Assembly (NCBI GenBank): GCA_048213135.1
Contig: PS015017.1
Span: 91,349-127,130, forward strand
Source of the DNA: Reclinomonas americana ATCC 50394
Taxonomy: Eukaryota
Length of the DNA: 35,782 nt
Direction: 5' to 3'
Positions within the stretch are counted from its first letter, which is position 1. Each line of letters starts with the position of its first letter. Positions 1-11,700 of this stretch are shown one piece after another. The position numbers were made by a program, and so were the translations under genes. The notes beneath the pieces were generated by a model, which saw only the letters and a list, made by a program, of their open reading frames with translations, was not told the origin of the DNA and made no database searches.

Positions 1-1153
1 CCTGCGTCTCGTAGTCCGTGAACTTGCGCTCGTCGGCCAGCCGCAGGCAGGTGCCCACAAACATGTCGGTCACCGCCGAGAAGTCCGCCAGCTGCAGGTG
101 TGTACCCGAGTTGTTGCGACTGATCGACGCAAACTCGCGGTAGAACGGCGTCGCGTGGTCGCGGTTCAGACACTGCACCGCGAACAGCATCACGCCGTCA
201 TCGGCCAGCGTGCGCGCCTCGCGGCGCCAGTCCAGTCGCAGCTTGTTGTCCGCGTAGTCCACTGCGTGTGGCACGTCGTCACCAATCAGCACGAAGGCCT
301 TGGTCTTGGCGTCGGACGACCACTTCAGGCTGCGCGCGTGGTACATGGCCAGCTCGTAGCACTCCTCGGCGTCGCCGCCGCCAGTCGGGCCACACTGGTT
401 CTCCACGAAATCGCGCAGCTTGTCCATGTTGCGAGTGAAGTCGCGGTGGCGGATCACGTAGCTCGAGGAGCTCGGCGACTTGCCGTCGCAGTAGTCGCCA
501 TGGGCGATGACGGCGACACGCACCTCCGGCACCTCCTGCAACAGGCGTGCGATGGTGTCGGTGAGGTTGCGCTTCACCTCGTCAATGGCCGGGCTCATGC
601 TGCCGGTGGTGTCGAACGAGAAGCACACGTCGATCGGACCGCCGGCAGGCTTGGCGCGCTTCTGGCGCTGCTGCTTGGCACCCTTCTCCGACGCCGTCGT
701 GTCGCCGATCTGGTGGAGGAACTGGCACTCGGCACCCATGGCGCAGTGGCCGGCACCACTGCGGAAATGCCAGCATGGGTTGTTGGCATAGGCGTGCACG
801 AACTTGCATGCGGCGCCGTGCTTGCAGCCAGCCGCCGAGTTGAAGTAGCGGCACAGAGCGCCGCGTGCATCACGCGGCAGCGGAGCGTCGTGATCGGCCG
901 CAGCTGAGCTGCTGCTGCCGGTGGTGGTGGTGGTCGGAGCGGTAGCAGTTGTCTTCTGCTTCACTGCCTCGTGCAAGTACTTGCACTCCGCACCGGACCG
1001 ACAGTGGCCTGCCCCACCGCGGAAGTGGCGACAAGGGTTGTCGCCGTAGGCGTGCACAAAGTGGCAACTGGCGCCGCGGGTGCAGCCGGTCGGCGAGTTG
1101 AAGTGGCGGCACAGAGTGCCACGGATGTCGCGAGGGAGATGCTGGTCAGTCAT
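1..1153 (-). CDS. Tandem CCCH zinc-finger (x4) plus von Willebrand factor A domain protein; intronless in the visible part; 3' end runs off the window
   Basis: Manual translation from ATG at 1153 (absent from the ORF track because the frame has no stop in the window): MTDQHLPRDIRGTLCRHFNSPTGCTRGASCHFVH...CRHFRGGAGHCRSGAECKYLH, then a second finger pair (C-x8/9-C-x5-C-x3-H), then VWA motifs IDVCFSFDTTGSM, VAVIAHGDYCD, GGGDAEECYE, FVLIGDDVPH. Confidence 0.88.
   Translation of the reverse strand, partial: MTDQHLPRDIRGTLCRHFNSPTGCTRGASCHFVHAYGDNPCRHFRGGAGHCRSGAECKYLHEAVKQKTTATAPTTTTTGSSSSAAADHDAPLPRDARGALCRYFNSAAGCKHGAACKFVHAYANNPCWHFRSGAGHCAMGAECQFLHQIGDTTASEKGAKQQRQKRAKPAGGPIDVCFSFDTTGSMSPAIDEVKRNLTDTIARLLQEVPEVRVAVIAHGDYCDGKSPSSSSYVIRHRDFTRNMDKLRDFVENQCGPTGGGDAEECYELAMYHARSLKWSSDAKTKAFVLIGDDVPHAVDYADNKLRLDWRREARTLADDGVMLFAVQCLNRDHATPFYREFASISRNNSGTHLQLADFSAVTDMFVGTCLRLADERKFTDYETQ
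713..1138 (-). repeat. Intragenic direct duplication of the two-finger CCCH module (about 971-1138 and 713-880)
   Basis: LPRDIRGTLCRHFNSPTGC..FVHAYGDNPCRHFRGGAGHC aligns to LPRDARGALCRYFNSAAGC..FVHAYANNPCWHFRSGAGHC; similarity is also visible at nucleotide level. Confidence 0.9.
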
Positions 1154-2373
1154 GGTTGTTGTGGTTGTTGTTGTTGTTGAGATAATAATAATAGTTGTAG
1201 AGGTTGTGTTGGCGCGCCGAGTGTGTTGAAAGTGTTGAGATTGCATGCATGTGACAGCATTCATCACGTTCGGTTGCCGGATTTGACGGGAATCGTCGAG
1301 ATCATGTCGAAGGCTGTTTTTGGTCAAGCGCGGGATATTTTCGACAGCGACTGGAGATGGTGGCACACATGGGTAAGTGCAAGGCAAGCCGTCCGGCAGG
1401 CCTGCTGCTGTGATCGCGATTGCATTCGCTGCGCAGTGAATCGATCGCGCGCGCGCGCGACTTCGACGTCCAGATCTGGATCCGTGACCAAAGAACGTCA
1501 CCGTCGGCCGCACATACTTCCCTGTGATTGTGTTGTCGACAGAGAGGTGGAATGCATCTTTTGTCGTGAAACGCGCGACTTGCTTGGCAACTTCTGAGTC
1601 TCGACGTTGATTTCAAGCGGTCGCAATTCCTTCGCCGCAAATCTCACCCTCGTACACACCTTTGCACACCCCACTCACGCCCACACTTGCAGGCGCACGC
1701 GCATCGCCGCCGCAGCCCGAAGTCACTCGTACAATGCAAATTCGTTCAAAAAAGTCCTGCGAACCGTTGCGCGGCCTGNNNNNNNNNNNNNNNNNNNNNN
1801 NNNNNNNNNNNNNNNNNNNNNNNNNNNNNNNNNNNNNNNNNNNNNNNNNNNNNNNNNNNNNNNNNNNNNNNNNNNNNNNNNNNNNNNNNNNNNNNNNNNN
1901 NNNNNNNNNNNNNNNNNNNNNNNNNNNNNNNNNNNNNNNNNNNNNNNNNNNNNNNNNNNNNNNNNNNNNNNNNNNNNNNNNNNNNNNNNNNNNNNNNNNN
2001 NNNNNNNNNNNNNNNNNNNNNNNNNNNNNNNNNNNNNNNNNNNNNNNNNNNNNNNNNNNNNNNNNNNNNNNNNNNNNNNNNNNNNNNNNNNNNNNNNNNN
2101 NNNNNNNNNNNNNNNNNNNNNNNNNNNNNNNNNNNNNNNNNNNNNNNNNNNNNNNNNNNNNNNNNNNNNNNNNNNNNNNNNNNNNNNNNNNNNNNNNNNN
2201 NNNNNNNNNNNNNNNNNNNNNNNNNNNNNNNNNNNNNNNNNNNNNNNNNNNNNNNNNNNNNNNNNNNNNNNNNNNNNNNNNNNNNNNNNNNNNNNNNNNN
2301 NNNNNNNNNNNNNNNNNNNNNNNNNNNNNNNNNNNNNNNNNNNNNNNNNNNNNNNNNNNNNNNNNNNNNNNNN

Positions 2374-5300
2374 CAACAACAAGGAGGAAGCGCCTCACGC
2401 GCTCCACCGGCTACTGTGTCGGCTGCGTTGCCGCCACCGCCTGTGCCGGCTGGTGGCGCCGCCGAGCTGGCGCGCGTGCGCGAGGAGCTGGAGCGGCTGC
2501 GCAAGACCGAGGCCGAGGCTGTCAAAGTACGCACCGCACTGGAAGGTACTGCGCGCTGCGTTCCTTCTCTTTTGCGGCGGTGTCTCTCACATTACTTGTA
2601 TTGCAATCGCAGCGGAGCTCGATGCGCTGCGCATCAAGTCCGTCATGTCGGCTGAGGAGCTGGAGGAGGCGCAGAGTTGCGTGCGTCGGCTGCCGATCTC
2701 GTTTTCACTGCCTCCTTCTCATTCTCGTGGTGTGTCGTGCAGCTGCCGCATCTAAGGCCAAGGGACGTGCGGAGGCTCTGGAGGCCGAAGCCAGCCGGTT
2801 GCGCGCCGAGCTGGCCACCGCCAAGCAGGAGGCCGCCGATGCCGAGGAGCAGGCTGAACGATCACAGGTGCTGGTGGAGAAGGCCCGTCTGGAGGTCAAG
2901 ATGCAGTCGGAAAAGTTGGCTGCGGCGCAGGCCGAGGTCGCCGCCGCCAAGAGCGTGGCCACATCCGCACCCGCAGCATCTGGCTCAACGGCCCCGGCTC
3001 CAGCGACGTCCTCGTCGTCTGCAGCCTCGCCCGCTCTGNNNNNNNNNNNNNNNNNNNNNNNNNNNNNNNNNNNNNNNNNNNNNNNNNNNNNNNNNNNNNN
3101 NNNNNNNNNNCGAGATGATGTGCTGGCCAGCTTGGAAAATGTGCTCGCCTCGGAGGAGTCGGAAGAGCAGACAAAGGAACAGCTGGCGGAGGCACTGAAG
3201 GAGCTCGAAACCGTCAAGGCCACCGCAGCTGCATACAAGAGTCTCGTTCAAAGCGCTCCACTTTGCCGCGTTTCCCCTCCACTCACTGACGTGTGCTTCT
3301 GCAGAGCAACTGGATGCGGCTGCTGCCGCTGGATCACCAGCAGGAAGCAGCAAGCCTGGCGAGAAAGCGCGTGTTGCTGGCACCAATCGGTCGCCAAGCT
3401 CATCCTCGTCTTCCTCGTCGTCCTCCATCGAGAGCCGCAGTTGCGCCTGCGTATGTCAATATTTCGTCTTTGAATAACGGTGGCTCACACCACGCTTTTC
3501 ACAGAGGCCGAAAGTCGGGTTCGTGCCCTGGAGGAGCAGACCGCCAACTTGGCGGCCGAGATTGCCGAACTACGCAGTTGCGCACGACCGCTTACACTAT
3601 CGTCGCGTCTCACTGGCTCACTGCGTTGTTTTTCTCCCCTCGGCGCAGAGGCCAAGGAGGCTGCCGACCAGCGAGCTCGCTCGGCGGAGGCGGCACTGGA
3701 GGCCGCTCGCGACGAGACAGCCAAGGTGGAGACACCGGTGAAGGATCGCCAGCGCGAGGAGCTGGCCAGGCAAGTGGAGCAGCTGTCGTCGCAACTCAGC
3801 GACTTGACGAGTTTCGTAAGAGAGAAGCGTCTTGTCGCAGACGTTGTGTCTCATGTGTCCACTGCAGAGGAACGCGACGAAATGGAGAGCGACCTCAGTG
3901 TGCTGCAGGACACGATTGAGAAGACCAAGGCCATGAATGAGAGTTGCGCCACTTGCTCGTCTCCCTCGTTGTTCGTGCGCTCACTGCTGCTGCTGCTGCT
4001 GCAATCACGCAGAGGACAAGGCCAGGTTGACAGCAGCTGTCAAGACCGAGACCGACCGCGCCACGCAGTTGGAGGCCGATAACACCAGTTGCGTGCGCCA
4101 GCATGACACACTGTCAATCGTCGACAACTGTTTCTCACCAACAATCTTTGTTCCTCACAGAATTGCGTGACAACGTTGCGTCGTTGACGACTCAACTCGA
4201 GGCGTTGCGAGAGGAAGCAGCCAGTTGCGTGCACCACGATTGTGCACCCGTTCAACACGAGGCATCCACTGACATGCATATTGTGTGCAGAAAAGGACCA
4301 GTCGCTGCGAGCGGCCTCGGCCGAGCACTCGGAATTGGAGCAGCTGCAGGGTCTGTCAGCTCTTTTCGATTTTGTCGTGTACGTCAAGCAGCTCACGTGT
4401 GATCCTTGCAGAGGAAAAGTCGCGCCTGCAGTCTCGTCTGCAGTCGCTGGAGGCGGCTCACGAGGAGGCACAGAACGAGTTGGCGGCTGCCCAAGGTTCT
4501 CACTGCGCACTGTTCATTGTTTGCCTCTCCTTCTCTCAAAGTTGAGCCACACAGAATTCAAGGGCGCACTGGCGAGCGAGCTGGAGGAGGCCATCGCCAC
4601 TAGCGTGCAACTGGAAGCCGACAATGCCGTTCTCAAGGTCCAACTGGAGAACGCCGAGAACGAGAGCCGCAGCCGCCACGAGGCCTTGCAGAGTTGCTTC
4701 CAGCCACCCACTTGCGCGTCCGCCTCTTCTTCACTAACTCTGCGTGTGTTTTTGCGTCGCACAGGAGACTTGGAGGCCGGCAAGAGCAGACTGGCCGACG
4801 CCGAGCGCAGTGCCGCAGAGAAGCTCGAATCCGCGCACCGTGAGGTTTGTTGCTCACACGCGCACAGTTGTGTCTCTCACACACGCATGCATTCCTCAAC
4901 TCGTACGGTGCGTAGCGTGCCGCCGTGGAGCAGCAAAAGGCCGCCAACGAGGCGCAATTGCACGATGGTGAGAGTTTGTTGTCTCCATTGTTCCCTGGCC
5001 CTGTTGTCAATCCTCACCCCGTGTGAAAACAGCCAAGACGCGCATCGAGCAGCTGTCGTCGGAGAACGCGAATCTCGGCCAGCGAGTGACCGAAGCCCAG
5101 CAAGCGCGTGCGCAAGTGGAGCAGCAACTGGCAGCCGCCCAGCAGAGCCTTACCGAGAGTCGCCAGCGAGAGGCCGTGCTGTCCAAGCAGGTCAGCGAGT
5201 GGGAGCAGCGTTGCAAGGATGCCGAGGCCCGTGGTGCGTCGGCCGCGGCCACCATCCAGCAGCTGCAGGCGCAGTTGCAGCAGGCCGAGGCACAGCTGAA

Positions 5301-7041
5301 GGCCCAGATTGCTGACCTGCAGACGCGTCTTGGTGCTGCCGAGTCGCGCGGTGAGAAGCTGTCGACCCGCCTCGGTGGTTTGCGCAAGTCCATGCAGGTG
5401 TGTGTGTTTGTGCACGATGCCTTTCTTCTTTGGCTGTTCACCTCTCACGGTACACATTTGTTGCAGGCGGCCGCCGATGTCGCACAGCGTGAGTCGCGGC
5501 GCGTCAAGGCCGAGCTCGTGCAACTGCGCACCTATGTCGGTGACAAGATGCGCACCAGCCTCGACGACATGTTGCGTGAGACCGCCGAATCCGTGCTCAG
5601 CCGGTGCGGTGAGCTGGTCGAGGAGTACCGAGTGCGCTACCGCGACGAGTGGGTGCTTCGTCGCAAACTCTTCAACTTGGTGCAAGAGCTGCGCGGCAAC
5701 ATCCGCGTGTTCTGTCGTGTGCGCCCGCTGCTGTCGGACGAGGTGGCGGCTCGCGTCGAAGAGTGCTTCACATTCCCGGCCGAGGGCGAATGCGTGCTCA
5801 GCGACCCACGTCGCGGTCGCTCCAGTCGCTTCGAGTTCGACACGGTCTTTGGTCCTGCGTCCACGCAGGAGGAGGTGTTTGCCATGGTGGAGCCACTCGT
5901 GACCTCGGTGCTCGACGGCTACAACGTGTGCATCTTTGCGTATGGTGCGCACATTTGTCCTGCCTGCACCACTCCCTTCTTGCTCACTCACTCATCCAAC
6001 GTATCAGGTCAAACTGGCTCCGGTAAGACATACACCATGGAGGGCACGCCGTCGAATCAGGGTATTTCCTACCGCACGGTGCACGAGCTGTTCAAGGTGG
6101 TGGAGGCGCGCAAGCCCGACCTGAACTACGTGTTGGAGGTGTCGGTGTACGAGATCTACATGGAGCAGATCTTTGACCTGCTGGTGGCCCCGGTGCCGCC
6201 TGGTCGCGGTGGTCGCCCGCCGGCCAATGCTCCGCGCCGCGACAAGTTGCGTCACGTCGCGCCAAGCAAAGACTCCACAAGAATAGACGCTGACTGTATC
6301 CCTCTCTTTCCCTTCAGGCTTGACGTGCGGCTCGGTGGCAAGGACGGCGTGTACGTGGAGGGCATGACGCGCCGCGAGGTGCGCACACTCGACGAAGTAC
6401 TGTCGACTCTCGCCGAGGGACACTCGAATCGCTCGGTGGCCGAGACCAAGGCCAACGAGCACTCGTCTCGCTCGCACCTGCTGCTTTCGATTTACGTCAA
6501 TGGCGGCAACCACGTGACGGGTGAGACGGTGCGCGGCAAGCTGCACCTGGTCGATCTGGCCGGCTCGGAGCGCATTTCGCAGACCAACGCCACTGGCGAT
6601 CGTCTGGAGGAGGCCAAGAGCATCAACAAGAGCCTATCGGCACTGGGCGACACGATTCAGGCGCTCATCAACAAGAGCCGTGCCACAGCAGCTGCGGGTG
6701 GTGACTCGACGGCCGCCGCCGGCGGCCACGTGCCCTACCGCAACTCCAAGCTGACCTTTTTGCTGCACGACTCACTGGGTGGCAACGCCAAGACGGTGAT
6801 GATCGTGAACGCCAGTCCGACGCTCGAGGACTCGGCCGAGTCGCTCTCCTCGCTGCAGTTCGCCTCGCGCGTGCGCAAGGTCGAGCTCGGCAAGGCCAAG
6901 AAGAACGTCATGAAGGGCTCCGCGTCCACTCCGGTCCTGGAGGATCTGCCGGTTGGCGGAGCCAGCGGCAGCGGCTCCAACCCATCCAGCGCACGCGGAT
7001 CGGCACCCAACAGTGCCCGCGGTCAGCCGCCCGCGCAATGA
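2374..7041 (+). CDS. Kinesin-14 (C-terminal motor, KIFC3-like) with a long coiled-coil stalk; 5' end in the gap; 17 visible introns
   Basis: Neck RRKLFNLVQELRGNIRVFCRVRP, P-loop AY(G|)QTGSGKT after removing intron 5945-6007, switch I NEHSSRSH, switch II LVDLAGSER, HVPYRNSKLT; stop TGA 7039-7041. Introns: 2546-2612, 2676-2742, 3241-3304, 3440-3504, 3577-3648, 3811-3867, 3943-4012, 4088-4160, 4224-4290, 4351-4411, 4496-4554, 4693-4764, 4845-4915, 4968-5032, 5398-5466, 5945-6007, 6246-6317. Confidence 0.95.
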
Positions 7042-7093
7042 ATGAACGTCGCCACTCAATGTTGTCCTTCGCGTCTGTGTAACGTCGTCTTCA

Positions 7094-8447
7094 ATGGCAG
7101 ACAGAGAAGTGCGTGACACAGTATGGGAGGGCCACATTCCGGTGGAGTTCTCACTCGCGGGGCGTGAGCTCACCACCATGGACGTGCCTCCACGCGTCTT
7201 TGTTGCGGACATGTCGTCGCTCTCTCTCTCTCACAGGAAAACACCTTCTGACAACACACATGTGCAGAGGATGGTGCCCCGCACAGCCTACATGCCCATG
7301 TTGGCCGAGGAGCTGCTGGAGATCTTTGAGCGGTTCACACTGCGCAGCTCACCAGCGTGGTTTGACGTCGACTTTATCCCCCTCAAATGGTGCGCAGATT
7401 GATCACACACACACCCTCACTCTCTCTCTGTTGCTCTCACACTCACTCACCCTCGTACACAGGCAACTTCCGGTCGGTGTCTTGTTCGACTGTCATGCAA
7501 CAACGTCGTTGCTGCAAGGTGGGGGCGGAGGAGGCGAGGATGCTATCGATCGGCCGTGGCAGGTGACAGTACACTTCCAGAACTTTCCGCGCGACGAGCT
7601 CGTCGACATGCGCAGTGTCAAGCAGCCGACACCAGGCACAGCATCTCCGCCCGCCACCTCCTCCTCTGCTGCGCCGAGTGCGAGTGAGCGAGCAAACTTG
7701 CATGCAGAGTCGATGGAGTGGTGCTTCTTCAACCTGCTCAAGGAGGTGAGGCAGAGATAGAGGGAAGAGTGTGTGGAGGCGGAACGGGAAGAGTCACCGC
7801 GACGCTGCTACAGAGCTTCCAGATGCGGTATCGATCGACAAGAGCGTTGCAGACGCTGTCCAAGCCCGACGAGACGCGTCTGTGGCAGGCCGTGCAGCAG
7901 AAGAACATGAGTGGGTACTTTGAGATTGTGGATCGCCTCTGCACCGAGGCCGACAACCGTGCCAGTGCCGCCGACAAACAGTGGGCGTTTTTCCCGGTCA
8001 AGGCGGTCATCTTGTCGAGCACGGCGCGTGCGGATGGTCGAGGCGATATCAGGCTACGAACTGTCGTGTGCCCTTACAGAGGTGCAGCCTGCAGCCTGCG
8101 TGTACTCGTGCGCGACCTTTCTGTGTGTTCCCTCCATCGGCTGATCTGCGTACATGTGTGTGTGTGCAACTGCAGCCGACTTGACGTTTGAGGAGTTTGC
8201 TCCGCTGGCGTGGGAGGTGCTGACGGAGGAGAGACCAGACCTGCGAGCCGTGGATGAGTCGGATGGTGTACCGCTGGAACTGGCGCACGTGTTGCGCGTT
8301 GATTCACAACGTCACGCCTGGCAGCTGGTGGTGCACGGCGTGACGGTGGATCCCGACACACCACTCCGTTGGCTCTGCACCAACATGAGCAGCGCAGATG
8401 GCACGCTGTATGTCGTCGCACAACCGCGATCGCCTGTCGCCACCTGA
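7094..8447 (+). CDS. ATG5: Autophagy protein 5; exons 7094-7201, 7268-7389, 7463-7745, 7814-8081, 8176-8447
   Basis: MADREVRDTVWEGHIPV, PRTAYMP, PLKWQLPVGVLFD, PWQVTVHFQNFP, FFNLLKE (position of the ATG12-acceptor Lys), HGVTVDPDTPLRWLCTNMSSADGTLYVV. Confidence 0.95.
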
Positions 8448-8735
8448 GCAACTGTGGACTGGTGCCGTGCCGGGTGTGTTTTGTGGAGTAAACCAAGGAG
8501 GTGGAGAAAACCAACCTGCCATGGTGCAATTCGTTTCACTTGTCAGACGCGACCGCGCTGTGCTTCTTCAGGACTCGCAGCAGATCCGTCCTACTCTAGT
8601 GTCGGTGTATGTTTGGGGAGAACAAGCGCATCACCAGAAGCACTGGTCGACATCGACGTCCTGCCGAGTTGTCAACTAAACATTTCAATCGTTCAGTGAG
8701 CAGTCGCTCTCTCTCTCTCTTCTCTCACCATACAA

Positions 8736-11700
8736 ATGCAAGAGGATCCAGTGGGAGACGACACTGGGGGTGGCTCTGTGGGCTCAGGTCTCGGTGGGGG
8801 TGGATTGGGCGGTGGTGGCGGTGGTGGCGAAGCGCTGCTGGGCGGCTTCTCGCTGAGAGAGGTCGAGTCGTGGTGCGAAACGCTCTTCCAACATCACGAC
8901 GACGATCGACGTGCGGAGGCCAGTGTGCGCCTGGCGCCTCTTGCACAGCCTGGAAAAGAGGCACTGTTGTCATTGCACGCCCTGTTGGATCGAAGTGCGG
9001 CGCCGTATGCGCAGTACTTTGCGGCGACCACGTTGCAGAGACTGGTCACTGCGCACTGGAACACACTGTCGACGCATGAGAGACTGGATCTGAGTTGCGT
9101 GGCCTTGCGTGTGTGTGTGCGTGTGTGCGTGTGTGTGTGTGAGAAAAAACGCGTGCAATGTCGTACTTGACACGCGCGCGCGCGAACACACAGCTCTCTT
9201 TCTCCTCGTCTGCGTGTGGTGGTGTCTTGCATGTGAGGCGTGCTGCGCTGTGAGCACCTGCACAAGTTGTGCTTTCCGTACACATCGAGAGTTGTCCTCG
9301 TCGTCGTGGCTCTTCTTCATCATCATCATCCAACGCGATCTTGTGTGTGTGTATGTGAATGCAGAGAACTACGTGGTGCAGTACTTGGCGCAACGCGGGC
9401 CGCATCTCGTGCAGTTCGTGGTCACCGCAGTCATCCTCCTGTTGTGCCGCATGGCCAAGGTGAGAGGCAGGCGGTCGAGTCGCATCGCACATGTTTTCGT
9501 TGTGCAGTGCTGACTGTGTCGATGGCGATGATGGTGTGTGATAGTTTGGATGGAACGAGGCCGAGGAGTACAGGCAGCTGCCGGCGCAGATGAACGAGTT
9601 CATGGGTGTCTCGGTCGATCTCATGGTCATTGCGCTGCAGAGTTGCGCTGCAATTTGGGTACTCTCATACGCCCTCGCTCTTCCGCTCACCCGCCCATCT
9701 CGTCTCAGCGCTCTCCGAGCTTATTCGTGAGATGAACACGGTCAACACGCGCCGAACGCTGACGCAACATCGCAAGGTGGCCATCCACTTCCGTGACTCG
9801 GCACTGCTGCCGATCTTTGAGATGACGCTCGACACGCTGAAGCGCTGTGTGGCCGGCGTGCTGGGAGTGAACGGCGGTGCGTTTCACTCTTTTTGAAACA
9901 CTCATTCACACGCACACGCACACCTCTGCCCGCTCACATGAATGGTGATTTTGTTGGGGGACCAGACAAGGACGACCAAGTACGTGGAGCGGCGCTGGGA
10001 CTGGCGCTGCAGTGTCTTTCGTTTGACTTTGTCGGCATCTTCCCGGACGACTCGTCGGAGGACATTGGCACTGTGCAGATGCCGGTCACGTGGCGGCCCA
10101 TCATTCAGGACCTGTCCAATCTGCATCTGTTCTTCGACTTGTATCACACCTCGCGGCCGTCGCGCTGCCAACAAGCACTGCAGTGCGTGGTGCAACTGGC
10201 CAGCGTGCGACGCTCGCTATTCCAGACGGAGCCGGACCGCAAGAACTTCCTCAGCCAGCTGCTGCTGAAGACCAACCAGATCATGCAGAGCCGTGTTGGA
10301 CTGGACGACGAGAACGTGTTTCACGAACTGAGTCGTCTGCTGGCTCGCATCAAGGGCAACTTCCAATTGACTGGTTAGCACTGTCGTGCACTCCCCCACT
10401 TCCTCTTTGCTGTCCGTACCTTCCCAGTTGTGCCGTGCATTGACACTCCTCGCTCTGTCTCTCTGCAGAAATCGTCAGCACCGACGAGTACGATCAGTGG
10501 GCCAGCCTTGCTGCCGATCTCACCATCGAGTCGTTCCGCTCGTGGCAGTGGGGCGCCAACGCCGACTACTACTTGATGAACTTCTGGAGTCGCATGGTGG
10601 CCACGCTACCGTACCTGAAGGGCCAAAAGCCATCCATGCTTGATACATATGTGCCGGAGGTGGCGATGCTCGGTTTTCAGTCGTCTCCGTCTTTGATGCA
10701 CAACCTCACTCGTGCCGTCGTCGCACAGATTGTCAAAGCGTACGTGGAGTCACGATTGGACATGGCCCGCGCAGTGTGTCACGACGACCAGTTCGACAAC
10801 ATTTTGCGCGAGGAGGAGCGCCTGCTTACCCAGTTGGATGGCTTCCCGCAGCTTGTCCGCACGTTCTACGACAAGATTGCTCCGTACCTGGCCATGATCA
10901 TGGATCCGCTGATTGAGAATTACTCGCGGGCCGTGCTCATGCTCCAGCAGGGCGACTTGTCGGTGGTGCCGGACACGGAGATTTTCGAATCGCAGCTGGC
11001 GTGGATGGTGTGTGTGTGTACACTCTGCACAAACAACGACTTGTGTGCATTCGCACTTGCTCACATGCTGCTGGTTTTTTTATTGCGCAGGTGTACTTGG
11101 TGGGCTGTGTGATTGGCCACCGTCTGTCGGCGGCCACGTCGGAAGCGCTGGACCTGTATGACGGCGAGCTGGCCTCTCGTGTGATGCAATGCACACAGAT
11201 TGTGCAGGCCCGCATTGAGTTTTGCGCGCAAATGGTTCGCTGATTGCATATGCGCGCGCGTGCCCGCATAATTGACTAACGTGGTCTCTGACGGCAGACC
11301 GAGCGTGTGAACACGGAGCCGCTGGAGATGCTCGAGTGTGGATTCGTGTACTTTTTCCAGCAGTTCCGCCGCGTTTACATTGGCGAGCAAGCCATGACGT
11401 CGTCCAAGGTGTGCCTTTTTTGTGGCACGCGCGCGTGTTGCAGTTGTGCTGCAGTTCTCACGCTTCATGTACAGGTGTACTCCAAGCTGACGGAGTTGTT
11501 GGACCTGCAAGATCACCTGGCCGTTCTCAACATCATCGTCACCAAGCTGGCCAGCAACCTTAAGGTGTGGGCCGACAAAGACCGCATCATCAAGAACACG
11601 CTGGCGCTGCTGCACGATCTGTCTATTGGCTACAGCAGCGGCAAGCTGTTGCTGAAGCTCGACGCCGTCCAATTCATGATCCAGAACCATGCAGTTGTGT

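Noticed and set aside
98-907. 269-aa + strand ORF and many other long overlapping ORFs
   Set aside because: Antisense shadows of GC3-rich real genes, or ORFs inflated by N runs; no motifs
2675-4290. Alternative reading of A|GT introns as non-canonical AG...CA introns or junction A-to-G editing
   Set aside because: Ordinary GT-AG excision gives sensible conserved residues in XPO7, primase, CysRS and the kinesin motor, so non-canonical boundaries are not needed
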